From IMG/VR virus record IMGVR_UViG_3300025141_012176, positions 1-54,973 of that record: a stretch of DNA of 54,973 bases, one strand, 5' to 3'. This DNA comes from a virus. Taxonomy: Duplodnaviria > Caudoviricetes. Under the pieces are notes generated by a model. That model had not been told where the DNA came from. It made no database searches and worked only from the letters and a program-made list of their open reading frames with translations. The translations under genes were made by a program, and so were the position numbers. Of the stretch, positions 1 to 10,111 are shown piece after piece. How positions within the stretch are numbered: position 1 is the first letter of the stretch; every line of letters starts with the position of its first letter.

Positions 1-117
1 GACGCTTAACTTGAGCTTATTGTGATTACAGAACGGGCAATGGAATAAGTGTTCGGATCCTGACTTGTAACTGCGCCCAAGAGCATTACGAACTATCTTT
101 AGCTTCTCTGCTTTCAT
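1..117 (-). CDS. DNA primase, N-terminal zinc-binding domain (partial, runs off window start)
   Basis: Not in ORF track; my translation from ATG at 117: MKAEKLKIVRNALGRSYKSGSEHLFHCPFCNHNKLKLSV. CPFC-x-H-x-K-x-KLSV resembles the Zn-ribbon of phage/DnaG primases; overlaps the end of the ruvC-like gene. Confidence 0.7.
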   Translation of the reverse strand, partial: MKAEKLKIVRNALGRSYKSGSEHLFHCPFCNHNKLKLSV

Positions 118-628
118 TTATGGCCCCCGCCCTAGCGATAACAAGTGAATCCGCCCTATCAAATTCATGAGGTTTCGGATTACCATGCTTAGTATATAAT
201 ATAACAAACTCTGGCTCGTTGTCAAGTAAAAACTGCATAACAACTTGTTTTGCTTTCATTCCTCTGGGAACTTTGATGCCACAAGACTTTCTTGCGGAAG
301 TTGCTGAAAGGTATTTCGGCTCCATTCCCCAGATTCCCCAACAAATCCAACTCACTATTCCGTTAAAAGATGCGAGAGTTGAGAGCGTCTTTGCTGATGA
401 GAAACCAGAGCGGAATGTCTGGAGGCTCTTCTCAATGTAGATGTGCTTGATGTCGTATTCTGATTCGATGTCGAGGAGTTTGTTTTTTACTCTCTCGGCT
501 TTGTGGAATAGAGTTGGGAAATGATTTTTATTTCTCGTGTCTATTGCTTCGCAGAGAAGGATCTCGCCTTCATTGTTGATTACTGTGACACCAGTTATGC
601 TTGTGGAAATATCTAAGCCGAGGATCAT
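86..628 (-). CDS. ruvC: RuvC-like Holliday junction resolvase
   Basis: N-terminal ILGLDISTSITG (RNase H-fold first Asp), IYIEK (catalytic Glu), C-terminal DRADSLVIA (DxxD). Confidence 0.85.
   Translation of the reverse strand: MILGLDISTSITGVTVINNEGEILLCEAIDTRNKNHFPTLFHKAERVKNKLLDIESEYDIKHIYIEKSLQTFRSGFSSAKTLSTLASFNGIVSWICWGIWGMEPKYLSATSARKSCGIKVPRGMKAKQVVMQFLLDNEPEFVILYTKHGNPKPHEFDRADSLVIARAGAINESREAKDSS
198..225 (-). promoter_or_regulatory. sigma70-like promoter inside ruvC, oriented toward the primase gene
   Basis: Minus strand TTGACA (225-220), 16-nt spacer, TATATT (203-198) preceded by TGn (extended -10); same consensus as the promoters at 52343-52371 and 54644-54672. Confidence 0.55.
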
Positions 629-633
629 ACTAT

Positions 634-662
634 ACTATAACACGATTAAACTTAGAAGTCAA
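634..662 (-). promoter_or_regulatory. sigma70-like promoter for ruvC (probably leaderless transcript)
   Basis: Minus strand TTGACT (662-657), 17-nt spacer, TATAGT (639-634); ATG at 628 is only 5 nt downstream, no Shine-Dalgarno. Confidence 0.6.
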
Positions 663-1869
663 TTTTTAATTTAAAAGTATAGTTTCTATTTTCTGTCTTT
701 TTAACAGGAGTTGCAACGCCGGCAACGCCGATTAGGTTTTGCTGTTCGTCGTATATGCCGATTTTAGAAATATAAGTTACTTTTTCAAAACTAGCTGTAG
801 GAAAGTCATATGCTGAAGATACGACATTCTTTATGGCTAGCTCGCTTTGCTCAGAAAAGCCATCTGTCCCAGAGGCAGGGAGGTCACGAGCATTGGTTCT
901 ATATTGTAGATATGTTGGGTTATTCGAATAGTTTACTTCTGATCTTCTGGCATGAGCCATTAGTGTCAAAGTTGGAACATAGTTTGTCCCCTCGAAAGAA
1001 ATTTTAGAAATTGTATTAGACATCGTAGCAGTTGCCCCAACTCCATCGCCGGGCATTGATGCACCAAAGAATTTCCACGCGGCATATTGGTGATCCGTTG
1101 CATCGCCCAGAAAATCTCTGGTTGAGTCTTCTAGCTTCCACGAGCCGGTAAGCAAAATTATTCCTTCGTTATAAAGAACAACGCCGGCGACGGATGCAGA
1201 CCCTTGAGTCATCGCATATGCGCTGCCGCTTACCTGTATAAGCTCTCCGTTTCTGTTTTTGTCTGTCGCTTCAGCGATCAAAGTGCCGGTGACATAATAC
1301 TGAAGTTTAACTGAGCCTTTCCTGATGCTGGAGCCATAGAATATGCTTGGAATCTCAATCATGCCAAGTGCTTGAGTTCCCTTGTTCCACCCTCCTTTTG
1401 TGTCATCTAGTGAAGAAGAGAAAACATAGTGGGCGCTCACTGGGGCATACATGTTTAAAGTATTCTTCAGCGCTGTGATATGTTTTCTTGATGCATTCTC
1501 GATATAATTAGTCCTATATAGGCTAGCCGTCATGGGGTAGCTTGAAGATATAATATCTCCATAGGAGAAGTTATTAGAGAAAGATGCTGTTGTCGTCGTC
1601 TTGAACGCTGACAATGCTCCTGTTTTTGTTATGAAAGGATAAATTATCTTTGGCGCGCCGGCGACAGTTGAGCCAGATAGCCTATCAACATTCATCTCAT
1701 AAAGGTTTATGTGCCCCTGTTCCGCGCCAATGCTAGAAGTAAACGCTCCAGAAACAGCAGTCTTGTTGTTGTAATAGATGTCACCATTAAAAATCAAAAA
1801 CTCAGACTGGGGGTGTGTTTTCACCCTGTTATGAAAGACATCGTTGGGCCCAAACTTATAAAGAGCCAT
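652..1869 (-). CDS. virion structural protein (baseplate/tail-associated)
   Basis: 405 aa; C-terminal YISKIGIYDEQQNLIGVAGVATPVKK...FKLKIDF is paralogous to the C-terminus of the neighbouring 362-aa protein; GVVLYNEGIILLT motif shared too; in structural cluster. Confidence 0.65.
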   Translation of the reverse strand: MALYKFGPNDVFHNRVKTHPQSEFLIFNGDIYYNNKTAVSGAFTSSIGAEQGHINLYEMNVDRLSGSTVAGAPKIIYPFITKTGALSAFKTTTTASFSNNFSYGDIISSSYPMTASLYRTNYIENASRKHITALKNTLNMYAPVSAHYVFSSSLDDTKGGWNKGTQALGMIEIPSIFYGSSIRKGSVKLQYYVTGTLIAEATDKNRNGELIQVSGSAYAMTQGSASVAGVVLYNEGIILLTGSWKLEDSTRDFLGDATDHQYAAWKFFGASMPGDGVGATATMSNTISKISFEGTNYVPTLTLMAHARRSEVNYSNNPTYLQYRTNARDLPASGTDGFSEQSELAIKNVVSSAYDFPTASFEKVTYISKIGIYDEQQNLIGVAGVATPVKKTENRNYTFKLKIDF

Positions 1870-1881
1870 GGCGAGCCCTCC

Positions 1882-2970
1882 TTAGTAGTCTAGTCGAACG
1901 CGCAAAGTTAATTCATTCGTAGGATCTTTTTTGAGCGGCTCGGAAAGTTTGGCGACAGCTAGCATGTGGTTGTCTGCGGAAAACAGCCCAACAGTTGTTA
2001 TATATGAAATTGGCGAGTCGGCAGCTTCATTCTTAACTCTTATCTTGCTTTCTGTTAGATATGTTGGATTAGCACTAAAGTTGAATTCGTTGTGCGCTGC
2101 GCGGCAGAAGTAAATGGTGGAGTTTAATTCAACTGTGTTGTTGAATGCAATATTAACTAATCTGTTTCGGAAACCATTGCAGCTAGATGAGATTTCTGCT
2201 GCTCTGAACATTTCTGGCACATTTGTCTCTATTCTTCCAGAAACATCGCCGTCCCCAAAGTAGTCAGATCCTGTGTTCGGAACAAATGGATTTGTCGCAG
2301 ATGAGCCGGTTTTGTTAGACTCACCAAAGATAGATGCCGTCAAGACAACAATGCCTGCCTGATAATATATCAAGCCAACCTTTCTGCCATCCGCGCCGCC
2401 GCCCTCTGGATACAAGACAGCATATTCTCCAGCAGGAGAGTTTACTCGATAGTCGCTAGCGGCGCCAGAATCGCTGATGACAAGATCGTCCAACCTAGCT
2501 TTGTAGGTACCGCCAGTCATGACAGTAATTGCAAAAGATCCTTTCTTAATCTCGTCTTTTGTCAGGAGTCGAGAGAAATTCAAGAAGAAACATTCATTTA
2601 GCTTGGTTCCTCCAGAAACGATATCTCCGTCCTGATCAAATTTCAAAATGTTGCCGAGGTGATCATGCCCCACTAGGACTTGAGCCATCTGGTTATAGAT
2701 GTTAATTTTCTTAGAATTCTGAGTATTTGCAGTCGATGCCAATCCGGAATCCGATGAGTATCCTACTGTAATGTCCATAATATGGTTAGCAGAGGAGCTT
2801 AAGTATGGGTAGTCATATACGCTTTGAAACATTCCATGGGAGAAGTTCTTGATATTGTTATCAGAATAGGTTCCGGACAAAATGGTTCCAGTAAGAGGTA
2901 TTGCTTCATGAAGAAGCGTCCTTGTCGAAACCTTGTCGCTTGTGGTGAGTGCCTTAAAAGAAGTTGCCAT
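1882..2970 (-). CDS. virion structural protein (baseplate/tail-associated)
   Basis: 362 aa; GLIYYQAGIVVLT and C-terminal YITTVGLFSADNHMLAVAKLSEPLKK...LRVRLDY, paralogous to the 405-aa neighbour. Confidence 0.65.
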   Translation of the reverse strand: MATSFKALTTSDKVSTRTLLHEAIPLTGTILSGTYSDNNIKNFSHGMFQSVYDYPYLSSSANHIMDITVGYSSDSGLASTANTQNSKKINIYNQMAQVLVGHDHLGNILKFDQDGDIVSGGTKLNECFFLNFSRLLTKDEIKKGSFAITVMTGGTYKARLDDLVISDSGAASDYRVNSPAGEYAVLYPEGGGADGRKVGLIYYQAGIVVLTASIFGESNKTGSSATNPFVPNTGSDYFGDGDVSGRIETNVPEMFRAAEISSSCNGFRNRLVNIAFNNTVELNSTIYFCRAAHNEFNFSANPTYLTESKIRVKNEAADSPISYITTVGLFSADNHMLAVAKLSEPLKKDPTNELTLRVRLDY

Positions 2971-2997
2971 TTTTGAGTCCTATAATTTATTGATTTT

Positions 2998-3912
2998 TTA
3001 AGATTGATTTTTTAAGAATCTAACGGGTATATCAATACGATATCCTGTGGTTAATCCGAGTACCGACACACTAGTGTCGATGTAGTAAGAGTCTGCCTGC
3101 AAACCCATTGGGCCAGTTGTCAGTTCAGTCGAGCCGAGATCAGTAAACAACTGTTCGCTGGTGTTCAATTCGGCGGATGCCTGGAAAGAGAACTTAAGAA
3201 TGGTTCCTCTGGCGCCTGCAATAACTTGAGTGCTCGGTGCGGCGAGAGTCTCGCCGTTGTCGACTACTATGAATTCATCAGCGCCGCCTTCTGAGAAGAC
3301 ATATGTCGCAATATTATCATCATCTAAAAGGCGGACGGCTTGTATTTCGTTGTTGGACGGGTCCATGATATCAGCAAATCGACTATCAATTTGAACCATA
3401 TAGGATGTCTCTCTTAGCTGGGGCGACAGTATTGTTGACGGGGCAACATTGACATTATCGATGCCCTGATCCAGCCGGATATAGTTGTTGCCCTGTGCTG
3501 CTCCGTTAAAGCCAAAAATATAATTTCCGGATGTACCCTCTTTGTCCTCTGTGACGGTATCAACCAGAACAACATATGCGCCGATGTCATGCCGTGCAGG
3601 GCCGCCTAGCTCATTGATTTTCATAACGGGCATGTACATGACATTAGTGTCTGAAATTGTTATTAGCCTTGAGTTCAGTGAAGACACATTATTGGTAAAA
3701 GCTTCAAGTACAGGAGTTTGTAATATCTCCAAATCATAGTATGCTGTGCCGCTAGCGTGAGTCTTGTTATAAAGACTGTAATCTATCTCGTCATCACCTA
3801 AAGCAAATTGTGAAATAGAAAAAGTTCCATCACCTTTGGCTAATCTCATTCTGCCAGTATCTGTTAATACTGCATCTAAAATTATGTCGCCGCTGTTATC
3901 TAAAAATGCCAT
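2998..3912 (-). CDS. virion structural protein (tail-collar-like N-terminus)
   Basis: 304 aa; N-terminal ILDAVLTDTGRMRLAKG...ISQFALGDDEIDY resembles tail-collar/baseplate N-termini; GAGG SD upstream. Confidence 0.6.
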   Translation of the reverse strand: MAFLDNSGDIILDAVLTDTGRMRLAKGDGTFSISQFALGDDEIDYSLYNKTHASGTAYYDLEILQTPVLEAFTNNVSSLNSRLITISDTNVMYMPVMKINELGGPARHDIGAYVVLVDTVTEDKEGTSGNYIFGFNGAAQGNNYIRLDQGIDNVNVAPSTILSPQLRETSYMVQIDSRFADIMDPSNNEIQAVRLLDDDNIATYVFSEGGADEFIVVDNGETLAAPSTQVIAGARGTILKFSFQASAELNTSEQLFTDLGSTELTTGPMGLQADSYYIDTSVSVLGLTTGYRIDIPVRFLKNQS

Positions 3913-3932
3913 TTGTTTACCTCTTCTTGTTG

Positions 3933-3940
3933 TAAATAGT
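3933..3940 (-). promoter_or_regulatory. putative late promoter motif ACTATTTA
   Basis: ACTATTTA 20 nt upstream of the ATG at 3912; CTATTTA recurs in intergenic gaps at 27754-27760, 53769-53776, 54115-54122. Confidence 0.5.
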
Positions 3941-3967
3941 ATTTATATCCCAAAATACACGAAGTAT

Positions 3968-6475
3968 TTAATCTAAACTGTCTAACTCAGTCGTTACATG
4001 CTCTGGCTTGCAAATCAAATTAATATCAAGCTTTTTGCCGGTCTTCATCGATGTCAGCCTTATCTTGAATTTTTTATCCCAAACAGATTTATCTGCCATA
4101 CCCAGAGATACATTCCCGCCTTGAGCCGCTACGAGATCTCTTGCACTAGAGTAATTAGCAAAATTTTCTTCATTAATTAATTGGTGCAACCCTGTCGGCT
4201 CGATTTGCAGGAACCTTCTGGCGCTTTTATTTGGCGCTGTTGGTACCTTATCTGCGAATTCTTTCATCACTTCAATATGAGGTATTACAATTTCTTCCTG
4301 CTGCGCAATCTCTACCTGATAAACTGGGGATGGATTTGAGGCATGCCCATGGACATCAATTGCCCTGAACATATAATAATATTTTGTATTCGGCTCGATT
4401 TCATCGATAAGCTCCATTGATGTTGAAAACTCATCCCTATTATAGATAATGGGCTGGCTTGAGTGTGTCGACACTCTTCCAGAGCCAAAACTACTATAGC
4501 TCACCGGCGCCTCGGTTAATCTGAACATTTGAAATTCTATCGGATAATCATCTGTCCCATAAGTAATCGGATCATCTGGTGAGAGATATCTCGCTTCTCT
4601 TATCGCTGCTGCCAGCGCCTGATCGTCTGATGTGATATATATTGGATCCGCAGTTATCTCCCCTATCGAGCCTTCAAGCAAGAACGATATACGGTTCGGC
4701 ACTCCGACGAACGGATAGGCGCTTATATGCGGTGGCAGGGGCGGCTTATCAAGAACAGTCCCTTTGGTTTGATAGTACGGTATCTCGACAACAATCGGAG
4801 ATATTGCAGTTACAATGTCAAATTCAGCCATTGCAATACTAGAAGGTGTTACAGTTATGTAAGTTTTGTCACCTGTTATGGGGTTGGTGGCAGTGGTTAG
4901 TCCCGGAACCCTTGCGTCAACCGGCTCTTCTGTCACGAAATCAACGAATTCAATACACTCGCCAGTAATTGGAACAGATTTTGATAGGTTCTCATATTTT
5001 AGTTCGGCGCCTAGGACGCAGACATAAGCAAAAATCTCATATGTATATTCTTGATCATACCTAATTTGGGTATCTAGATAAGATATCATGTCTAAATCTT
5101 TTTCGTTCGGTATCCATATGCTCTGTACCTCGGTGGGGCCTCTATATTTAACGATACGATATGCCAGTACATCAGAATATGACATATATCCTTTATATAT
5201 TTCTTCGGGGGTTCTATTGTGAGTGTTGGTGATTGCTGATAGTTTGCCAAAAAATACTGACATCGCCAGTGCCTTATTCATAAGGGATGACTCACTTGTT
5301 GCCATTTTAACGCCATCGCTCTGTGAGCTTCCCAAGAATATGCCCGCGGCTCCAAAACTGTAGGGGTTGGAGGCGAACGACGAAACCCACGAATAGAGCC
5401 CGAATGCATTCATGCCGGCTTGCTCCATCAAAGTTGAGTTATCGTCTGTCTCTATTAAATATGTAAATGGGGCACTGATTGGGGCGGCTGGGGACGCGTC
5501 AACACCGGGTCGGGGGTACCATCCCTCTGCCATATCTTTTAGCAGGATCTCATATACATTAGCTTCATCGAGCGCGGAGGAGAGAACCTCTGACTCATCT
5601 GTGGAGAATCTTATATCTGCATACCATGGGAACAAATCTTTTCTGTAGTTATAATCTGTTAATAAGTTGACGCTAGATTTTGGAACCAGAAGCAAAGAGA
5701 ATCTATCAGAGACATCAGCTAAATCGTTCGCCGAAGAAACATTCCTTCCATAAGATTTAAAATATGACCACGCGTGGTTATCACCGCTAGCGTTTACTCT
5801 GCCAAGCATATCTTCAGAAAGTGCGCCGTTGGCAGTAAGATTAGCCATAAACTCAGCATGATCTGGATCGTTAATAGCTAAGTTCTCAAATGTGAGCACT
5901 TCTCCCTCAACCGCCTCAGAAACAAAAGCATAGAAATTTGGAAGCGCGCTTTCAGGCTGTGAAGTTATTCCTGTGCTTGTCTCCCAATCTTTCTGATAGT
6001 AGTTGTAAATCATCTCCACTGTGGCAGTTTTTTCTTCAAGCTCTGAAGTTACCTCGGAAGTCCTTGTCTCCTCTGCTGGCACCAACTCATCAAAAGCATA
6101 ATCTTCAAAAGTATTGTTCATTGCAGTATTTTGGACTTCTTCTTGCAGAAACTCTTCCCATGAGGCGATCGCTACTTCCTGTTGTTGCGCAGTTATCGAG
6201 CCTTGTCCGTCTACGAAAGTGTCTTGAATTAATGTATCAATGTCGCCAACTATTCTTACAGAAGTTCGTGACATATGTAAATCCCCTGCCGGATCATATT
6301 CTGTCTCACCAAAAACAATCGAGGATATTCTAGAATCCATTCCAGAATAATCAGTTGCTATCTCCATCTTGCCATGCCAGTTCACGCCCAGAATATCCCT
6401 AATAGGATCCTCGGCGCCATTGCCATAGTTTGATGAGTTTACAAATTTTCTAGCTTTTCCGTATGTACCTGACAT
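3968..6475 (-). CDS. large acidic hypothetical protein, probable virion component (FN3-like beta segments near C-terminus)
   Basis: 835-aa ORF; YLDTQIRYDQEYTYEIFAY and IEPNTKYYYMFRAIDVHGHASNPSPVY resemble fibronectin-III/Ig-like strands. Confidence 0.55.
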   Translation of the reverse strand: MSGTYGKARKFVNSSNYGNGAEDPIRDILGVNWHGKMEIATDYSGMDSRISSIVFGETEYDPAGDLHMSRTSVRIVGDIDTLIQDTFVDGQGSITAQQQEVAIASWEEFLQEEVQNTAMNNTFEDYAFDELVPAEETRTSEVTSELEEKTATVEMIYNYYQKDWETSTGITSQPESALPNFYAFVSEAVEGEVLTFENLAINDPDHAEFMANLTANGALSEDMLGRVNASGDNHAWSYFKSYGRNVSSANDLADVSDRFSLLLVPKSSVNLLTDYNYRKDLFPWYADIRFSTDESEVLSSALDEANVYEILLKDMAEGWYPRPGVDASPAAPISAPFTYLIETDDNSTLMEQAGMNAFGLYSWVSSFASNPYSFGAAGIFLGSSQSDGVKMATSESSLMNKALAMSVFFGKLSAITNTHNRTPEEIYKGYMSYSDVLAYRIVKYRGPTEVQSIWIPNEKDLDMISYLDTQIRYDQEYTYEIFAYVCVLGAELKYENLSKSVPITGECIEFVDFVTEEPVDARVPGLTTATNPITGDKTYITVTPSSIAMAEFDIVTAISPIVVEIPYYQTKGTVLDKPPLPPHISAYPFVGVPNRISFLLEGSIGEITADPIYITSDDQALAAAIREARYLSPDDPITYGTDDYPIEFQMFRLTEAPVSYSSFGSGRVSTHSSQPIIYNRDEFSTSMELIDEIEPNTKYYYMFRAIDVHGHASNPSPVYQVEIAQQEEIVIPHIEVMKEFADKVPTAPNKSARRFLQIEPTGLHQLINEENFANYSSARDLVAAQGGNVSLGMADKSVWDKKFKIRLTSMKTGKKLDINLICKPEHVTTELDSLD

Positions 6476-6487
6476 TATATCTTCCTA

Positions 6488-7075
6488 TTAATAAGTAGCC
6501 GCCAACTCACTTTTATAAGCTTCTAACAGAGAAGTTGCTATGGCGTTTCCAAGCTCTGTTGCGCAGCAGGCCACAACTGGCGTAAATGTGGGGCCGGCTT
6601 CATCAATCAGCGCATCGAGATCTGTGCCTTCGAAGGTGCGCTCTGGATCGTCCTTTACGCAGTCGCCTTGCGTTATCGTTGTTGGTACCCAATGAAAATT
6701 GTCTCCACAGCCACTATTTGGCACACAAGCGCCGGTGTAGGTGCCATCTGCATCGCTCCACACAAAGGTGTCGTCGTATGTATAGCCATCAGGGCAACCC
6801 ATTTCACTCTCTGCTGCGTCTATCTCTTCCGATGGCTCTTCGTCAACCACTTCGGCATAGCCATTGTCGCCTTCTGCCAGACATTGCCATGAATCTTCTA
6901 TGCCGAACGCCGGTAGGCCCGGGACGAAAGTATATGTTTCGCCGTCCGCGCAATTGCCTCCTTCGCCAGTACCAGCGCCGGCGTCGTCCATAGGCACTAC
7001 TTCTCCTGCTGATATACCGGAGCCTTCAGAGATTGGTGGCGTATTGATGTTGTTGTTGTTGGGGAATGTTCCCAT
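6488..7075 (-). CDS. acidic, cysteine-repeat hypothetical protein
   Basis: Likely start ATG 7075 (AGGAGG SD upstream) rather than 7105; three Cys-bracketed segments CADGETY...QC, CPDGYTY...AC, CGDNFHW...DC. Confidence 0.65.
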   Translation of the reverse strand: MGTFPNNNNINTPPISEGSGISAGEVVPMDDAGAGTGEGGNCADGETYTFVPGLPAFGIEDSWQCLAEGDNGYAEVVDEEPSEEIDAAESEMGCPDGYTYDDTFVWSDADGTYTGACVPNSGCGDNFHWVPTTITQGDCVKDDPERTFEGTDLDALIDEAGPTFTPVVACCATELGNAIATSLLEAYKSELAATY

Positions 7076-7089
7076 TATATCTTTCCTCC

Positions 7090-9324
7090 TTAAACTTCCA
7101 ACCAAAAATATCCATCAGTATTTGGAATATCATAGAGAGTGTCGCTCCCCATTCCAAGCGCTTGATTTTGATATTTTGATATTTTGCACAAGTATTTTCC
7201 AGCGCCCAAGCCATAGAATGTGTCGCTATCTAGAAGGCTCCAGACTGGTTTTAACATCAAAGGGCGGCCCACTTCGGAAGCCTCATATGATTCCAGAACA
7301 TATACTGCATAAACATTAAAGTAATTCAATTCAAATATAGCCGAAGTAATACATGATGAGATTGCGTCTGCATTCATTGAGTGCCAATTTACACGAGCGA
7401 CTGATTTGTTTGCCTTGAAAAGGGACTTTATCTGCTGCGGCAGCGCCATCAAATCTCCTATCCCTTCTTCCTCCGTAACATTTCCCACTGTCGAAGTATC
7501 ATAGTTTTTTATCTTCCTATGCGTTAAATATTTAACATCAAAAGGCTTGGTACCAATGTCATTTATGTTTCCATCTGATATTCCGGATGCCATGAGTTGT
7601 GATGCTATTGCCATGGCAAATGCAGATACATTGATATTTTTAGATACATGTTGCTGATCTTTCTCGGCTGGCGTTCTAGTCTTATCTGTCGAAAGTTTAG
7701 TGTCTTTAGTCAAGAGACTTTTAACATCAACATACGCTTTTGATGTCGCAGGATTTACTTTACTGCCATCGCTCGCGAGCCTAACAGATATGCCTGATCG
7801 CTCTAATACTGATGCCGCCACATTGTCCGTTGAAGCTCCGTTTGCCGCGGCTGATGATTTATCCATCTTCGCCAAAACGATATTTAACGCTGCATTTCTG
7901 TAATCCGAAGAATTCCAATTTCCCATTCCTTTCGGATTTGTATTAAGAGTTACTCCGGCAGTGGTTATTGTCTGCGGAGTGAGGTACGCTGTCTTATATT
8001 TGTCTATGTTTGTTATAGGATCGGCACCGTTCTCAGGGAATTCCGCAAAGTATTTGCTTGTCTCACGGTTAATTCTATTGATATATTCAGATTTTGTTAT
8101 TGTCCTGTAGGAGGAATACCTGCCTTCATTTATATCCCACATTGAACCAAAGGTATCGGATATGTCAACGCTATTTCCATATGCATACCCATTAAGAGTT
8201 GCATACACATTTAAAATTACCTCGACTGGCCAGCCCTCAGAAGCTCCAGCGGAATACCCTTCTGCCAGTTCAGCAATAGACAAGTTTAAGCCGTACTCTG
8301 ATACCTGCATGTCAATAAACTCTTGAAGCATATTTATGACTTCTAATATTGATGTCGGGGTGGCGGTTAGAGGACTCAAGTCGTAATATAGCGAATTGGC
8401 AACTTCAGCATATGCTGCGGTTGATACAGCTTCCGTTGAGAAGTATTGAGATGCTTGCAAAAAAGTTACAACTGGGCACACCCATGGTGCCTGAGATGCA
8501 CTCTCAGTGTCGTCGAAGGCGCCGGCGGCAGATATTGAGGCATATCTTTGCAATTGATAGTCGACAAAGAATTCTGCAAAAGCTCCCCAAGCAGAGTCAA
8601 AAGAGCATGTATACAGCGCTTCGGCTTGATATTCTTCCAACTTACCAATTGAAGCTGCTACAATTGCCAAAATATCAGCTAGATACTCGCCTATTAAATC
8701 CGAGAAGCTAACTTTTACCTCATATTCATATTGCCCTTCGGCAGGGAAATCAAAGTCATTAACCATGAATGTCGAATAGCCAGCATATCTTCCGTCTACC
8801 GTTATCATCTGTACTTCTTCTATTGTTGCCAGAATATCTGCGCCGCTTTCAACCTCTCTGTTGCCCAGCGCATCTGTTATATATGCTTCCCATGACCATC
8901 GCTCTCCGAATATCGCATCTGAATCCTGAAGGACTTCCATCACGCCCACACCGCCCGGAGTGCCCACTACTATTTCTACATCATCCTCGTCTACATCAAC
9001 CCTTTTTCTTGTTATCGTCACGGATTCAAGAGTTATTTTCGACAGAACATCGCCTAGAATATCTGGATTTAAACTGACAGTGTTTGCGATATAGTTTGCA
9101 AACGGGCTCTTTTCCGTGATCATGGTGGTGTAATCCATGTCAAAGGAAAAGAAAACTATATTAGCACCTTCTTTGATTTGAGTCTGCGTGGTGTAGGTGA
9201 ATGATTCAATATCTGGATATGAGACATATGCTTCTGAAAAGTAGCCCCCTTCAGCGAATTCACCTAAATCATCAAGTACCGATTCGTCAATTGTGTCTAA
9301 TTCCCATTGATGAAATTGTGCCAT
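7090..9324 (-). CDS. hypothetical protein, probable virion component
   Basis: 744-aa ORF with acidic N-terminal half, contiguous with neighbours in structural cluster. Confidence 0.6.
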   Translation of the reverse strand: MAQFHQWELDTIDESVLDDLGEFAEGGYFSEAYVSYPDIESFTYTTQTQIKEGANIVFFSFDMDYTTMITEKSPFANYIANTVSLNPDILGDVLSKITLESVTITRKRVDVDEDDVEIVVGTPGGVGVMEVLQDSDAIFGERWSWEAYITDALGNREVESGADILATIEEVQMITVDGRYAGYSTFMVNDFDFPAEGQYEYEVKVSFSDLIGEYLADILAIVAASIGKLEEYQAEALYTCSFDSAWGAFAEFFVDYQLQRYASISAAGAFDDTESASQAPWVCPVVTFLQASQYFSTEAVSTAAYAEVANSLYYDLSPLTATPTSILEVINMLQEFIDMQVSEYGLNLSIAELAEGYSAGASEGWPVEVILNVYATLNGYAYGNSVDISDTFGSMWDINEGRYSSYRTITKSEYINRINRETSKYFAEFPENGADPITNIDKYKTAYLTPQTITTAGVTLNTNPKGMGNWNSSDYRNAALNIVLAKMDKSSAAANGASTDNVAASVLERSGISVRLASDGSKVNPATSKAYVDVKSLLTKDTKLSTDKTRTPAEKDQQHVSKNINVSAFAMAIASQLMASGISDGNINDIGTKPFDVKYLTHRKIKNYDTSTVGNVTEEEGIGDLMALPQQIKSLFKANKSVARVNWHSMNADAISSCITSAIFELNYFNVYAVYVLESYEASEVGRPLMLKPVWSLLDSDTFYGLGAGKYLCKISKYQNQALGMGSDTLYDIPNTDGYFWLEV

Positions 9325-9328
9325 GAAT

Positions 9329-10111
9329 TTATCCCCCGTTGCCTGCTGCTTTTGAGGATTTTAACCCTAGTCTCTCTAATGCTCCGCCGGCGCCTCTGAA
9401 TGTCTTGTCTATGACTTTTTTGGTAGGCGTAAATCTGCCTCCGTCATAAACTATCTGATAGTTAACCTTGCCCATGTAATATTTTAAAATTCGTGGCGAC
9501 ATGTCCATATCAAATTCGGCAGAGAGAGCCTCCATGTCAACATAGGTGCATGCAAAATATGCCAAATCACTACTATATCCGTCCTTCAGAAGAAACTCAA
9601 AGGTGAAGCTGTATTTCAGCGCGCTATGTCCGTTTATCGTGCAAGGCACGCTCGGATTGGCGCTTTCTTCGTCTGTCAACAACAATGTCCTCTCTTGAAC
9701 TGTAATGCCGGAAAACTTTGAATATAATTTCGCGTCAGTATAGGCTCCATTAACCCTTGCCTTGGCAGTGAACTGAGGGTTTGTGCTCTGTAAAACCTTC
9801 AGCTTAATATTTTTAGAAAAGTCTTTGTTCGCCCAATAAGTTTCTCCCGATGCATCTACCCTGTCATATATAACCACAGTAACCTTACACATGCTATCAA
9901 CGGACTTTTGGTTTGCGACTTCTCCATTTGAAACCTGTACGCGCTCGATTTCTCCATTGAATTTTAGTTTATTTACTATTGGGCCATTTCCGGTGTGAAC
10001 ATCTGCGGTGGGGTTAACTATGGTAGTGCCCTGCTCTATTACTGCTTGCGTTATATAGGCGCTTGGAAGCTTGGACCCCAATAAGCCAGATGCGTTGTTC
10101 ATGTCTAACAT
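9329..10111 (-). CDS. hypothetical protein
   Basis: 260-aa ORF overlapping the upstream stop codon (coupled). Confidence 0.6.
   Translation of the reverse strand: MLDMNNASGLLGSKLPSAYITQAVIEQGTTIVNPTADVHTGNGPIVNKLKFNGEIERVQVSNGEVANQKSVDSMCKVTVVIYDRVDASGETYWANKDFSKNIKLKVLQSTNPQFTAKARVNGAYTDAKLYSKFSGITVQERTLLLTDEESANPSVPCTINGHSALKYSFTFEFLLKDGYSSDLAYFACTYVDMEALSAEFDMDMSPRILKYYMGKVNYQIVYDGGRFTPTKKVIDKTFRGAGGALERLGLKSSKAAGNGG

Noticed and set aside
3940-3947. Canonical T4 late promoter TATAAATA on the minus strand
   Set aside because: I noticed it in only one intergenic gap in the sense orientation, whereas CTATTTA recurs; treated as incidental.
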